Shown: positions 54,070-63,108 of the stretch, piece by piece | Numbering within the stretch: position 1 is the first letter of the stretch | How the letters are laid out: every line of letters starts with the position of its first letter | DNA from: Candidatus Omnitrophota bacterium | GTDB lineage: Bacteria > Omnitrophota > Gorgyraeia > Zapsychrales > Zapsychraceae | Assembly: GCA_029261065.1 (NCBI GenBank) | Contig: JAJDCB010000024.1 | Coordinates: forward strand, 12,129-76,128 | Length of the DNA: 64,000 bases | Direction: 5' to 3' | Position numbers and translations under genes: made by a program | The notes under the pieces: model-generated | Databases searched by the model: none | Told to the model about the DNA's origin: nothing | What the model saw: only the letters and a program-made list of their open reading frames with translations

Positions 54070-54567
54070 ATGTGGTTTTTCATGATTAGTTGTTATGTGA
54101 TGAGTTTGTTAACATTGCTCATGCTTTGTATTGGTTTTTTTCAGAGCTTTTTAAATTTTCACATCCTTAGTGCTAATCATGTGGTCTTTATGATTTTAAC
54201 CAGTATTATTTATTCCTTCACAGAAACGCTTGTGATCTTTTTCTTCGTCGGCACGGGAGTCAGTGTTAAGGAGTATGTGCGTGATCACAAAGTAGAGGGC
54301 GATTTCCATAAACGTTCTATTGCTATTAAAAGAATAGTCTATCCTCCCTTACTTATGAATATGCTTTATATGATTATCCTCTTCGTTCTCGTTGGTGCTG
54401 TGGATACCCTTCGTATTGCAGGTTGGATTTATTATGTGTTGTTTGCCTTTTGCATTATCGATTATGTACGCATAAAAGCCATACAAAACAAATGTTTTAA
54501 AGATAACACAGCAATCATTCTTGAGATGTCCGGGATTAAATCACCGCTCGTTACGGGAACGACTTAA
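54070..54567 (+). CDS. Hypothetical 4-TM membrane protein
   Basis: Four hydrophobic segments; ETLVIFFFVGTGVSVKEY looks like a conserved core. Confidence 0.7.
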   Translation: MWFFMISCYVMSLLTLLMLCIGFFQSFLNFHILSANHVVFMILTSIIYSFTETLVIFFFVGTGVSVKEYVRDHKVEGDFHKRSIAIKRIVYPPLLMNMLYMIILFVLVGAVDTLRIAGWIYYVLFAFCIIDYVRIKAIQNKCFKDNTAIILEMSGIKSPLVTGTT

Positions 54568-54573
54568 AATTCA

Positions 54574-54735
54574 ATGTATTTATTAGCGAAATGTGCCCAA
54601 GCTGCTGGTCTAACAATCATCCTCATTGATTTTTTACGAAACTTTCCTAATTTGATGAGTCGAACGATATTATGTGTAGGGATTGGAGTTTTCTTTTTTG
54701 GTTGGAGTATAAACAAATTTTTATTAAAAAAATAG
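54574..54735 (+). CDS. Small 2-TM membrane protein (53 aa), below the ORF-track cutoff
   Basis: MYLLAKCAQAAGLTIILIDFLRNFPNLMSRTILCVGIGVFFFGWSINKFLLKK; 6 bp after the upstream stop. Confidence 0.6.
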   Translation: MYLLAKCAQAAGLTIILIDFLRNFPNLMSRTILCVGIGVFFFGWSINKFLLKK

Positions 54736-54739
54736 CAAC

Positions 54740-54871
54740 ATGGCAAAATTACGAACTATTCTCAAATTTGACACGGGCGCTGATGGGTTTTTAAAGATGA
54801 TTTATGTCCTGGCTTTTCTTATGATACTTACCTTAGTTGTTGGTATTTATTTTGTCGTTACAACCTTTTAA
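54740..54871 (+). CDS. Small 1-TM membrane protein (43 aa), below the ORF-track cutoff
   Basis: MAKLRTILKFDTGADGFLKMIYVLAFLMILTLVVGIYFVVTTF; 4-bp gaps on both sides. Confidence 0.55.
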   Translation: MAKLRTILKFDTGADGFLKMIYVLAFLMILTLVVGIYFVVTTF

Positions 54872-54875
54872 AGAT

Positions 54876-55199
54876 ATGAATGAAATTTTTAAAAAATTAA
54901 AAGACAAATGGGCTATTACAAGCAATTGGCAATTTTTTGTCATAAATGTTGTTTTTGCATTGGCGGGTATGACAGTTGTTCTCGAACGTCGATTTGTTTT
55001 TGATATCTTTGGTATTACCCAATGGGCATTATGGGTTAAAATTTTTATTTACCTTCCTCTTATCTTTCCTCTCTATCAACTTAACTTGATCATCTTTGGC
55101 ACACTCTTAGGTCAGTTTTCTTTCTTTTGGGAAAAAGAAAAGCAGTTAATGCTATTGATGAAAAAAGTTTTAGCACGCGTTACTTTAAAAGACGTATAA
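54876..55199 (+). CDS. DUF6787-like small membrane protein (start re-called at 54876)
   Basis: KLKDKWAITSNWQF..VFALAG..FPLYQL..GTLLGQFSFFWEKEK pattern. Confidence 0.7.
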   Translation: MNEIFKKLKDKWAITSNWQFFVINVVFALAGMTVVLERRFVFDIFGITQWALWVKIFIYLPLIFPLYQLNLIIFGTLLGQFSFFWEKEKQLMLLMKKVLARVTLKDV

Positions 55200-55592
55200 C
55201 ATCAAATAGATAATGACACCCGTCACAGAAACATACATCCACGTCGGATATAACCATCGTGTTATCCTTACATGCTTATCAAATTGCCCCTTAATGGCAT
55301 GATAAACAGCAATAATGCAGGCTGGTACTATTAGGGCGGCTAGTGGTGTGTGGGTTAAAAGGATAGTAAAATATAAAACGCGTAAGAACCCTTCCTTTTT
55401 ATAGTAGGTCGGACCAGGGGATAAGTAATGATATGTTAAATAGGAACATAAGAAAAGACCTGAGGCTATAAGCGCGCAAACCATAAAGTTGCGATGCAGA
55501 TCCCTTCTCCCCCTTTTTATCGAACAATACCCTAGAAATAAAAAAAGACCTGCTGTAAGGTTTAAGCAGGCGTTAAGAGTTGGCAGGTGCAT
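55185..55592 (-). CDS. DUF420 family membrane protein (oxidase-associated)
   Basis: LPTLNACLN, LLTHTPLA, WMYVSVTGV. Confidence 0.88.
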   Translation of the reverse strand: MHLPTLNACLNLTAGLFLFLGYCSIKRGRRDLHRNFMVCALIASGLFLCSYLTYHYLSPGPTYYKKEGFLRVLYFTILLTHTPLAALIVPACIIAVYHAIKGQFDKHVRITRWLYPTWMYVSVTGVIIYLMLYVF

Positions 55593-55593
55593 A

Positions 55594-56187
55594 CTATCTT
55601 TCTTTGGCTAATTGGGCGGCATCTTTAAAGAGTTTATTTAGGGCTTGTGTATTTGTACCGTCATAATAACCGCGTATTAAACCATGTCGATCAACTAATG
55701 AAAAATAGGAACTATGAAAAATAGGTTTTTCAATGGATCCTAATTTAAAACTATTAATAACAACATCTCTTATATCTTCCCTCTCACCGGTTAAAAAATG
55801 CCACTTACCATCCTCTTTTCTGTGCTTTTGTGCATAAGCTTTCATAACCTCAACATTATCGTATTCGGGATTTACAGAAATAGAAACTAATTCGACACCA
55901 GCTACGTGTTCAAAGGTTTTATATAATTTTGTCATATTTTTTGTCATTACTGGACAAATATCAGCACACGTTGTAAAGAAAAAATCTGCAATCCATACCT
56001 TATCAGTTAATTCTTTTAAACCAAAGTTTTTCCCTTCCGTCGTGGTTAAAGAAAAGGGATTAACTTGACCCAGGACTGGTATCTGTTCTCGTTTTACCTC
56101 TTGGACAAACGAATACACAGTAAAACTAACAAATAATAAGGTGATAAAAATACTTGCTGAAATAATAAGGATTTTTTTTGATTTCAT
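55594..56187 (-). CDS. SCO1/SenC copper chaperone
   Basis: FFFTTCADICP (CxxxC), IFHS, RGYYDG. Confidence 0.93.
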   Translation of the reverse strand: MKSKKILIISASIFITLLFVSFTVYSFVQEVKREQIPVLGQVNPFSLTTTEGKNFGLKELTDKVWIADFFFTTCADICPVMTKNMTKLYKTFEHVAGVELVSISVNPEYDNVEVMKAYAQKHRKEDGKWHFLTGEREDIRDVVINSFKLGSIEKPIFHSSYFSLVDRHGLIRGYYDGTNTQALNKLFKDAAQLAKER

Positions 56188-56190
56188 GAT

Positions 56191-57060
56191 TTAAAATTGA
56201 ACGTCACAAATAATGAGAATAAATAATAAAGGTAGATAAATAACAGTGGCTCTTAAAAGCTTTCGCGCATCACAATCTGATTGTGTATTAATAAAAATTT
56301 GACTGACAAAAAACATACCAATTCCTAAAATAGCAGCTCCAAAAAAATATAATCGTCCGGTTAACCCAATAAAAGAAGGTATGAGCGAAATAGGAACGAG
56401 TAAGAGTGAGAAAACAAATATTTGAAAGAAAGTCATCTCACCATTTTTATCAATACAGGGAAGCATTTGGTATCCTCCCTTTTTATAATCCTCTTTATAC
56501 AACCAACCAATGGCATAAAAGTGTGGATGTTGCCAAAGAAATAGAATTGTAAATAAGACCCACGCTCCATAATCCACCTCTCCTGTGGCCGCTGTCCAAC
56601 CACCCATTGGCGGCAAAGCACCTGGAATAGCACCAACGGTTGTATTTAACCAAGACATTCTTTTTAAAGGGGTGTAAATGACAATATATAAAAAACAAGT
56701 TAAAAGACTGATAAATGCGGTTAGTAAATTGATTTGTGTTTGTAAAATGATAATTCCACTTAAAACTAAAATTACACCGAAATTAAGGGCTTCTGAAGGA
56801 GTTAATGTTTTGCTTGGTAACGGCCGTGATTTCGTACGGTCCATCTTGGCATCATATTCTCTTTCCAAAAAGTGGTTTAGGGTAGATGACCCACCACAAA
56901 CCAAACCAGAGCCAAGCAATAACCAAAAGAAATGTAAATAAGAAGGAATGCCTTGAGCGGCAAGATAATAACCTAAGGCGGTTGTTATGAGCACAAGGAG
57001 AAGAATTCTTGGTTTCGTTAATTCTAAATACGCTAATAATTTTTTTTTATTAATAGACAC
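56191..57060 (-). CDS. ctaB: Protoheme IX farnesyltransferase (heme o synthase)
   Basis: LTKPRI, DAKMDRTKSRPL, YTPLKR, GAIPGALPP, WQHPHF. Confidence 0.95.
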   Translation of the reverse strand: MSINKKKLLAYLELTKPRILLLVLITTALGYYLAAQGIPSYLHFFWLLLGSGLVCGGSSTLNHFLEREYDAKMDRTKSRPLPSKTLTPSEALNFGVILVLSGIIILQTQINLLTAFISLLTCFLYIVIYTPLKRMSWLNTTVGAIPGALPPMGGWTAATGEVDYGAWVLFTILFLWQHPHFYAIGWLYKEDYKKGGYQMLPCIDKNGEMTFFQIFVFSLLLVPISLIPSFIGLTGRLYFFGAAILGIGMFFVSQIFINTQSDCDARKLLRATVIYLPLLFILIICDVQF

Positions 57061-58024
57061 GGGAAACTAACCTTTTAAAGCCTGAGCATGTTAAAGGAGA
57101 AGATCTTAAAATTAGAAGAAATGTAACACCTAAGATACTAGCGCCTATAACGACATGGAGACTTGTAATAATGGGCGATTTTAATGTAAAGATTGTCATG
57201 ACCCCTAATAGAATTTGCAAAATAATGAGGGTATCAAGTGCGTATATTGTTTTTCTAATAGTCGTATCTTTATAGTATTTTAGTCCTATCACATTGACAA
57301 AGCAAATGGCAATACAAATAAATAAAGCGCCTATGCGATGGGAAAAATGAATTATGATTTGTCCCATTTTGACGGGATCAAAATCATTATCAAAACGCCA
57401 ACTGTTAATAATATAGAGCAATTCATCATCAAAGAGCGGCAACCATTTCCCTCCAACTGTCGGAAAATCATATATAGCAAGACCAGAATGCGTGTGTCTC
57501 ATAATAGCACCTAGGAGAAGCTGAATATAGATAAGGATGAGAAAGCTAAAAGTCACCTTTAAAAACAAGGCACTTCTCTTTCGTTCTAAATAATCTCTGT
57601 CTGACCTTTCATCTGAAAGACTGTAAGCGATAAAAATGGTTATTAAAAAAAATGTTTGGGCAAGTATGCCATGAGAAACAGATATGGCTGTAGGAAGAAA
57701 AAATAATACAGTTAATCCTCCAAGGACACCTTGAAGGATAACGGCAAATAGACCAACAGCGCCCACAATCTTTAACCATTTACGTTGATCTTTCACAATT
57801 ATCCAAATGGCCAGGATAAGCATACACAATCCCACAAAACTCGCCACCATACGGTGTCCGTGTTCATAAAAGACCCCTCCAATCATAGGTGGAAATAATG
57901 TCCCATAAGACAAAGGCCAATCAGGAACTGCAAGACCAGATCCTGTACTTGTCACCATGCCTCCAACAAATATGAGAAAAAAGGTAGAAAAACAGGTAAA
58001 TTTTGAAAGATGTTTAAGCCACAT
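57050..58024 (-). CDS. ctaA: Heme a synthase (COX15/CtaA family)
   Basis: GSGLAVPDWP, EHGHR, QGVLGG, HFSHR. Confidence 0.9.
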   Translation of the reverse strand: MWLKHLSKFTCFSTFFLIFVGGMVTSTGSGLAVPDWPLSYGTLFPPMIGGVFYEHGHRMVASFVGLCMLILAIWIIVKDQRKWLKIVGAVGLFAVILQGVLGGLTVLFFLPTAISVSHGILAQTFFLITIFIAYSLSDERSDRDYLERKRSALFLKVTFSFLILIYIQLLLGAIMRHTHSGLAIYDFPTVGGKWLPLFDDELLYIINSWRFDNDFDPVKMGQIIIHFSHRIGALFICIAICFVNVIGLKYYKDTTIRKTIYALDTLIILQILLGVMTIFTLKSPIITSLHVVIGASILGVTFLLILRSSPLTCSGFKRLVSRVY

Positions 58025-58091
58025 GATAAAAATGATGTTTTTTAAAATTTATTTAGGAATTTCGAAGCTTTAACGAAATTCCAGGTTGGTT

Positions 58092-58120
58092 TAATAACCC
58101 GTAGCTTGCTGCGGATAATT
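58092..58120. repeat. REP-like palindrome resembling IS200/IS605-associated hairpins
   Basis: AATAACCCGTAGCTTGCTGCGGATAATT; a second hairpin GGAATTTCG/CGAAATTCC lies at 58056-58082. Confidence 0.45.
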
Positions 58121-58187
58121 GAGTCCAGAGCATACCCTGGGTTTAATACCTTGAGTAAATGAATGTAAGCTTAGAAAATGGTGCGTA

Positions 58188-59039
58188 TTAATTCCAAAAG
58201 TCATCGTATCCATCATCGCCAGCACCACCACCCGATCCACCAGATGACGCCGATGCATTGCTGGCAAGCCATGAGTTAAACTTATCTTCATGATGAATGG
58301 TAAGTTTTCCGCGCATGTAGTAATGACCGATACCACATAGTTGTGCGCAGGCAATCTCCGATGTTCCACTTTTGGTTGGTGTAAACCACGTGGGGATACT
58401 CATTCCAGGAATAATATCCTGTTTGACTCGCATTGTAGGAAGTCCAAAACTATGCATTACATCTTTAGAAGTGAGATGTACAATAGCGGGTTTGCCAATT
58501 GGTAGGTGTAGTTGATTTATCGTAGTAAAATCATCATCTCCATTTGGGTCGTTTGGATCAAGTCCTAAGGGATTGGATTGTTTATCAAAATAAGTATTAG
58601 ACGATTTACCAAAAGTTTTGTCTTCACCTGGATAATGAACATTCCAGGCAAATTGTTCGGCGACAACCCTCACCTCAACTTTATCATCTCTCTGAGGATA
58701 GTTATTAACCTGTTTATTCCAGTAAGGAATAGAAAAACCTACTAATAAAATAACTTCTAAGGTAACAACGCCAATTTCAATATAACTAGATATATGATTT
58801 TTGACGCCATGGTAATTAGCACCCTTGTTTTTTTGTTGCCTAAACTTAACTAAGGTTAAAGTAAAAAAGATTGCCCAACCCACAAAAAGAAATAACATCA
58901 GATAGTGAACTAAATACATAACAAAGTCAATTTCCTGAGCATGAGATGATCCGACTTCAGGTAGTCGAAACGTTAAGAGCTTCAGCGTTTCAGGAGAGAA
59001 TGCATTTTGAAATTTTTGAAATAGAGTAGTTGTTTCCAT
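58188..59039 (-). CDS. coxB: Cytochrome c oxidase subunit II (CuA), no cytochrome c fusion
   Basis: EQFAW, DVMHSF, KQDIIPG, CAQLCGIGHYYM. Confidence 0.93.
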   Translation of the reverse strand: METTTLFQKFQNAFSPETLKLLTFRLPEVGSSHAQEIDFVMYLVHYLMLFLFVGWAIFFTLTLVKFRQQKNKGANYHGVKNHISSYIEIGVVTLEVILLVGFSIPYWNKQVNNYPQRDDKVEVRVVAEQFAWNVHYPGEDKTFGKSSNTYFDKQSNPLGLDPNDPNGDDDFTTINQLHLPIGKPAIVHLTSKDVMHSFGLPTMRVKQDIIPGMSIPTWFTPTKSGTSEIACAQLCGIGHYYMRGKLTIHHEDKFNSWLASNASASSGGSGGGAGDDGYDDFWN

Positions 59040-59045
59040 AGAATT

Positions 59046-59288
59046 TTATTTTATTGATAATTTTGATTTTCGAGCGCAATTAATAAAAAATTTAATAAAT
59101 AACGCAAAAACAGCCATCAAAACTAATAATAACGCAATAATACCTAGTCGTAAGGCCTTGTTGGCGGAGCTATTAGGATCTCCATAAAAGCAAATGCTAC
59201 AAGCCTGAGCTGCAACAGGAAATAGGAGTGTGAATAAATAACACCAACTAAGCGATAACTTTTTTAAAAGTTTTAAAACCATAAACAA
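59046..59288 (-). CDS. Small CxxC membrane protein in the cox operon
   Basis: Signal-like ..AAQA, then CSICFYGDP, then one TM helix and a basic tail; start uncertain (may be 59282). Confidence 0.65.
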   Translation of the reverse strand: MFMVLKLLKKLSLSWCYLFTLLFPVAAQACSICFYGDPNSSANKALRLGIIALLLVLMAVFALFIKFFINCARKSKLSIK

Positions 59289-59442
59289 TTAGTCCTATCC
59301 CTATAAATATAGAAATAATACTTGTTACGATATAACCCGTTTGAGATTTTTGAGCAAATTGTTGAAAAGCCCAAAATCCAAAAAATAAACTCAACAAACA
59401 CGAGGCTGATATGAAAATCAAATGAAAGCCTTTAAGATCCAT
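59248..59442 (-). CDS. Small 2-TM membrane protein in the cox operon
   Basis: MDLKGFHLIFI.. with two hydrophobic helices; overlaps its neighbours in operon fashion. Confidence 0.65.
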   Translation of the reverse strand: MDLKGFHLIFISASCLLSLFFGFWAFQQFAQKSQTGYIVTSIISIFIGIGLIVYGFKTFKKVIA

Positions 59443-59830
59443 GATGATCCTCTACAATTTTGTCATGATTCGCTTCTGTCTCTTCAAGGTGATTGCCTGT
59501 GCCATGGTTTGAATTTCTAAACTCTTGTTTAAAATAAACAGTCCCTTCGGGAAGATCATATTTAGCTGCAACCGTTAACAACAGCATTCCAACAAAAAAA
59601 ATGCCCGTAAATATTAAAATGACATAAATAATCTTTTTTTCAGCAATCAAATGCATGAAAAATGAAGCAACTAAAGAGGCTTTAGCCGTTGCGATGATCA
59701 AAGCAACAACAACAGCCGCTGCAACACCAATATTCAAATCCGATGCCTTCAATGTTAAGAATGTCAGTGCCATCAAAGCAACAAAAACCAGATAGAACCT
59801 TTTTATCTCTTTGTTGATGTCGTGTGCCAT
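59432..59830 (-). CDS. Cytochrome c oxidase subunit IV (start re-called at 59830)
   Basis: VFVALMALT, KASLVASFFMHL. Confidence 0.85.
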   Translation of the reverse strand: MAHDINKEIKRFYLVFVALMALTFLTLKASDLNIGVAAAVVVALIIATAKASLVASFFMHLIAEKKIIYVILIFTGIFFVGMLLLTVAAKYDLPEGTVYFKQEFRNSNHGTGNHLEETEANHDKIVEDHHGS

Positions 59831-59840
59831 AAAAACCTTT

Positions 59841-60434
59841 TTATAGTAAATACAAAACTGGAAAAAGAAATATCCAAACAAGATCCACAAAATGCCAGTA
59901 TAGACCAACAACTTCTAATCGATTGGTAAACTGAATGGGGTTTGTCTTCCACATCTTGGCTCCGGGGCCCCATAAATAAACCAACACGATGATGCCACCG
60001 ACGATATGCAATGCATGCAATCCTGTTAATGTAAAATAGATCGCATAGTAGGTGTTTTCTTTCGGAAATATGCCATGGCTAAATTTGGCAGAATATTCAA
60101 CACTTTTGATACACATAAATGCTAACGCACAAAGTATCGTTAGCCCTAACATTAATCGAAACTTACCAAAATTATTTTGTTTTAAAGCGGCCCAGGACAA
60201 CAACATGGTGACACTTGATGTGATAAGGACAACCGTATTAATCGCACCAAGAGGAACATTTAGAGTTTCTGAGCCAACAGGCCAATAAACAGCACCAACA
60301 CGCATTAAAATGTAGGCTGAAAACAAAGCCCCAAACAACATGACTTCAGAAGCTAGAAATAACCATATCCCAAATTTGGCATTATAAAGCCCTGTGTCTT
60401 CGCGTTCTTCGAATGTATAAGGAATCGTGTCCAT
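59841..60434 (-). CDS. coxC: Cytochrome c oxidase subunit III
   Basis: WLFLASEVMLF, TGLHALH, LYWHFVDLVW. Confidence 0.95.
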   Translation of the reverse strand: MDTIPYTFEEREDTGLYNAKFGIWLFLASEVMLFGALFSAYILMRVGAVYWPVGSETLNVPLGAINTVVLITSSVTMLLSWAALKQNNFGKFRLMLGLTILCALAFMCIKSVEYSAKFSHGIFPKENTYYAIYFTLTGLHALHIVGGIIVLVYLWGPGAKMWKTNPIQFTNRLEVVGLYWHFVDLVWIFLFPVLYLL

Positions 60435-60446
60435 TAACTGTAACCT

Positions 60447-62195
60447 TTATCGTATATGTTCTTCTGATTGAGGTGTAAAATCGTCTTTAGCCCCTGGTAC
60501 GCTATATTCATAAGGACCGCGATAAACAACCATTTCTTTTGTAAAATTGCCGTGAGGCGGCGGTGTTGGTGTTTGCCATTCAAGGGTTGTTGCATTCCAA
60601 GGGTTATCAGACTCAACTTTTTTACCAGCAAACATACTCCAAAAAAAGTTAATGATAAATGGAATCTGACCAATGGCCAAAAACCAAGCGCCCCAAGAAA
60701 TTAATTCATTTAAAGCAAAGATCTCTTGTCCATGTTCATAACCAATGCCTCCATCATAAAGACGTCTTGACACCCCCGCTAATCCTTGGACGAGCATAGG
60801 AAAAAAGATGATATTCATACAAATTAGTGATGGCCAAAAATGAAGATGACCTAAAAATTCATTCATTTTTCGTCCTGTTGCTTTAGGGAACCAAAAGTAA
60901 ATCCCAGCAAAAAGCGCAAATATTGTTCCAGGGGCAACAACATAATGAAAATGTCCAATAACATAATAAGTGTCATGCAAGTGAACGTCTGTAATAGCAA
61001 TACCAAGAGGTAATCCCGTTAAACCACCAATTCCAAACATAGGTAAAAATGTGATTGCAAAAAGCATCGGCGTGTTAAATCTAATAGATCCGCCCCAAAA
61101 TGAAATAAACAAAGCCGTTAAAATAATAATAGATGGAATCGAGATGATCATAGTGGTGGCTTGAAAAAAGGAACTGATAGCGGTCCCCATCCCCGTGATG
61201 TACATGTGATGCGCCCACACGATAAATGACATAAATCCAAGAAAGATAACAGAATAAACCATGGATTTATATCCCCACAATGGTTTACGTGTATTATTAG
61301 CAATAATTTCTGCGACAATACCCATACCTGGCAACGTCAAAACGTAAACCTCAGGATGCGCTAAAAACCAAAACAGATGTTGCCATAAAAGAACACTTCC
61401 TCCCCCACTATATTCAACTAATTCTTGGCCACTAACAAGTAAACCACTAGGAATAAAAAAGCTGGTGTGTGCTAAGCGGTCCATGATTTGTAAAACAGCT
61501 GCTCCTAATAAAGGTGGAAAAGCTAAAAGTAGCAAAAATGAAGTAATAAGCTGCGCCCAGACAAAAAATGGTAATCGCATGAAAGTCAGACCTTTGACGC
61601 GTAATTGAAATATAGTAACAATAATGTTGATGGACCCTAATAACGAGGATTGAATGAGAAAGGCCATTCCAAACAACCAAACGGTTTGTCCTTGTGTTGC
61701 AATGACGGATAACGGTGGATAAGCCGTCCAACCCGAATTGGCCGCCCCTCCTGGCAGAAAAAAACTAAACAACATAATACATCCACCCACAAAATATAAC
61801 CAGTAGCTGGCCATGTTTAATCGCGGGAAAGCCATATCAGGAGCCCCGATCTGTAGAGGAACAACAAAATTTCCAAATGCACCAACGGCCAATGGCACAA
61901 CACCTAAAAAGATCATGATAGTTCCATGCATAGCGCCTAATTCGTTATAGAATTCGGGAAGCATAATCCCACCTGGTAAACGCGTGTGATCATCACCAAA
62001 AAGTTTGAGTAAAATATCCGGTAGTGGCAAAGGTTGTTCTGGGTAAGCCAATTGCCAACGCATAAGCATCATTAATCCAAAACCAAATAACAAAAAGACT
62101 AAGGCTGTAATGCCATATTGAATACCAATAACTTTATGATCAGTTGAAAATATATATTTTTTCCAAAAAGGTAATTTAGGATGAGAATCACTCAT
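60447..62195 (-). CDS. coxA: Cytochrome c oxidase subunit I, A1-type
   Basis: STDHKVIG, HGTIMIF, WFLAHPEVY, WAHHM, HDTYYVIGHFHY. Confidence 0.96.
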   Translation of the reverse strand: MSDSHPKLPFWKKYIFSTDHKVIGIQYGITALVFLLFGFGLMMLMRWQLAYPEQPLPLPDILLKLFGDDHTRLPGGIMLPEFYNELGAMHGTIMIFLGVVPLAVGAFGNFVVPLQIGAPDMAFPRLNMASYWLYFVGGCIMLFSFFLPGGAANSGWTAYPPLSVIATQGQTVWLFGMAFLIQSSLLGSINIIVTIFQLRVKGLTFMRLPFFVWAQLITSFLLLLAFPPLLGAAVLQIMDRLAHTSFFIPSGLLVSGQELVEYSGGGSVLLWQHLFWFLAHPEVYVLTLPGMGIVAEIIANNTRKPLWGYKSMVYSVIFLGFMSFIVWAHHMYITGMGTAISSFFQATTMIISIPSIIILTALFISFWGGSIRFNTPMLFAITFLPMFGIGGLTGLPLGIAITDVHLHDTYYVIGHFHYVVAPGTIFALFAGIYFWFPKATGRKMNEFLGHLHFWPSLICMNIIFFPMLVQGLAGVSRRLYDGGIGYEHGQEIFALNELISWGAWFLAIGQIPFIINFFWSMFAGKKVESDNPWNATTLEWQTPTPPPHGNFTKEMVVYRGPYEYSVPGAKDDFTPQSEEHIR

Positions 62196-62202
62196 AAGTT
62201 AT

Positions 62203-62922
62203 TTACTTTTTTCCTGGGCGTGAAAATGAAAAGTTGACTTCCTTGGTTTCCCCTTCAGCTAAAGTTACAGAAACACGTTTTGGGTCTAAACGTTGCTGAA
62301 CGGCCTCAATAACATAAGTTCCCGCTGGCAAATTATCGATTGTAAATTTACCATCATCGCCTGTGACGTTATAAAAAGGATGTTTCAAAACATTGCCATA
62401 TGTGACCATCCAAGGATGAACATCACATTTGATTTGAAACATGAATTCTTCTTCTTTAAAAGTTTTTGTCGTTTCTTTGCGAAATTTGGGCATGGCCAAA
62501 TTGAATTCGGGATTCTTTTTTGATAAACAATGCACGTTATGTAACGTGCCGTCTGGATTAAGAATTTTTAAAGGTTGGCCGACTTGAATGCCAAAAATAG
62601 GAGGATCGTACATACATCCTTTTTGGTCAAGGACAACAGGTTCTGTAGGAGTCGGATAATCTTTATTGGGGACGCCTTCAGCGATATGAATAAAGACGTT
62701 AGCCATTTCATTATTTTCACCTAATGTGATAGATTGTCCAACAACCTCTCCCGAATGATGCGTTAAACATATAGGATCCGCATCCATCTTTATGGGACGT
62801 AATTTGGGTTTTTTACCATCATAAATCACTTGACCTGTAATACTTGCTGAGAAAGCTGTAGAAATAAAAATAAGTTGAAGCCCAAGAAACACTCCAACCT
62901 TTACTAATTTTTTTGTATTCAT
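62203..62922 (-). CDS. Exported cupredoxin-like / carboxypeptidase-regulatory-like domain protein (start re-called at 62922)
   Basis: Signal peptide ..AFSA; LDQKGC, LHNVH, KCDVHPWM; first gene of the cox operon. Confidence 0.75.
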   Translation of the reverse strand: MNTKKLVKVGVFLGLQLIFISTAFSASITGQVIYDGKKPKLRPIKMDADPICLTHHSGEVVGQSITLGENNEMANVFIHIAEGVPNKDYPTPTEPVVLDQKGCMYDPPIFGIQVGQPLKILNPDGTLHNVHCLSKKNPEFNLAMPKFRKETTKTFKEEEFMFQIKCDVHPWMVTYGNVLKHPFYNVTGDDGKFTIDNLPAGTYVIEAVQQRLDPKRVSVTLAEGETKEVNFSFSRPGKK

Positions 62923-63010
62923 TTTGTCCTTAAAAACGGCTAATAGTTTAATTTCCCTTAAACTACTATATGCGCAATCCGTTGTCAAGAAAGGTTTTAG
63001 ATATTTTTAC

Positions 63011-63054
63011 TATCCCCGCGAATACTCCAGCCGGCTGGAATATTCGCGAGGATA
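63011..63054 (-). repeat. 44-bp near-perfect palindrome
   Basis: TATCCCCGCGAATACTCCAGCCGGCTGGAATATTCGCGAGGATA; both mismatches become G-U pairs on the minus strand. Confidence 0.7.
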
Positions 63055-63069
63055 ATAAATCTTAAACAT

Positions 63070-63095
63070 GTCATCCCCGCGAAAGCGGGGATCCA
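63070..63095. repeat. REP-type palindrome of the GTCATTCCCGCGAAAGCGGGAATCCA class
   Basis: GTCATCCCCGCGAAAGCGGGGATCCA, a hairpin with a GAAA loop. Confidence 0.75.
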
Positions 63096-63108
63096 TAGAT
63101 AGTAATAT

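Noticed and set aside
54564-54746. Minus-strand 60-aa ORF from the track
   Set aside because: Shadow of the better-fitting plus-strand 53-aa ORF at 54574-54735.
58091-58369. 92-aa ORF overlapping the coxB end; also 60434..60673 overlapping coxA
   Set aside because: Alternate-frame overlaps of well-supported genes, with no motifs.
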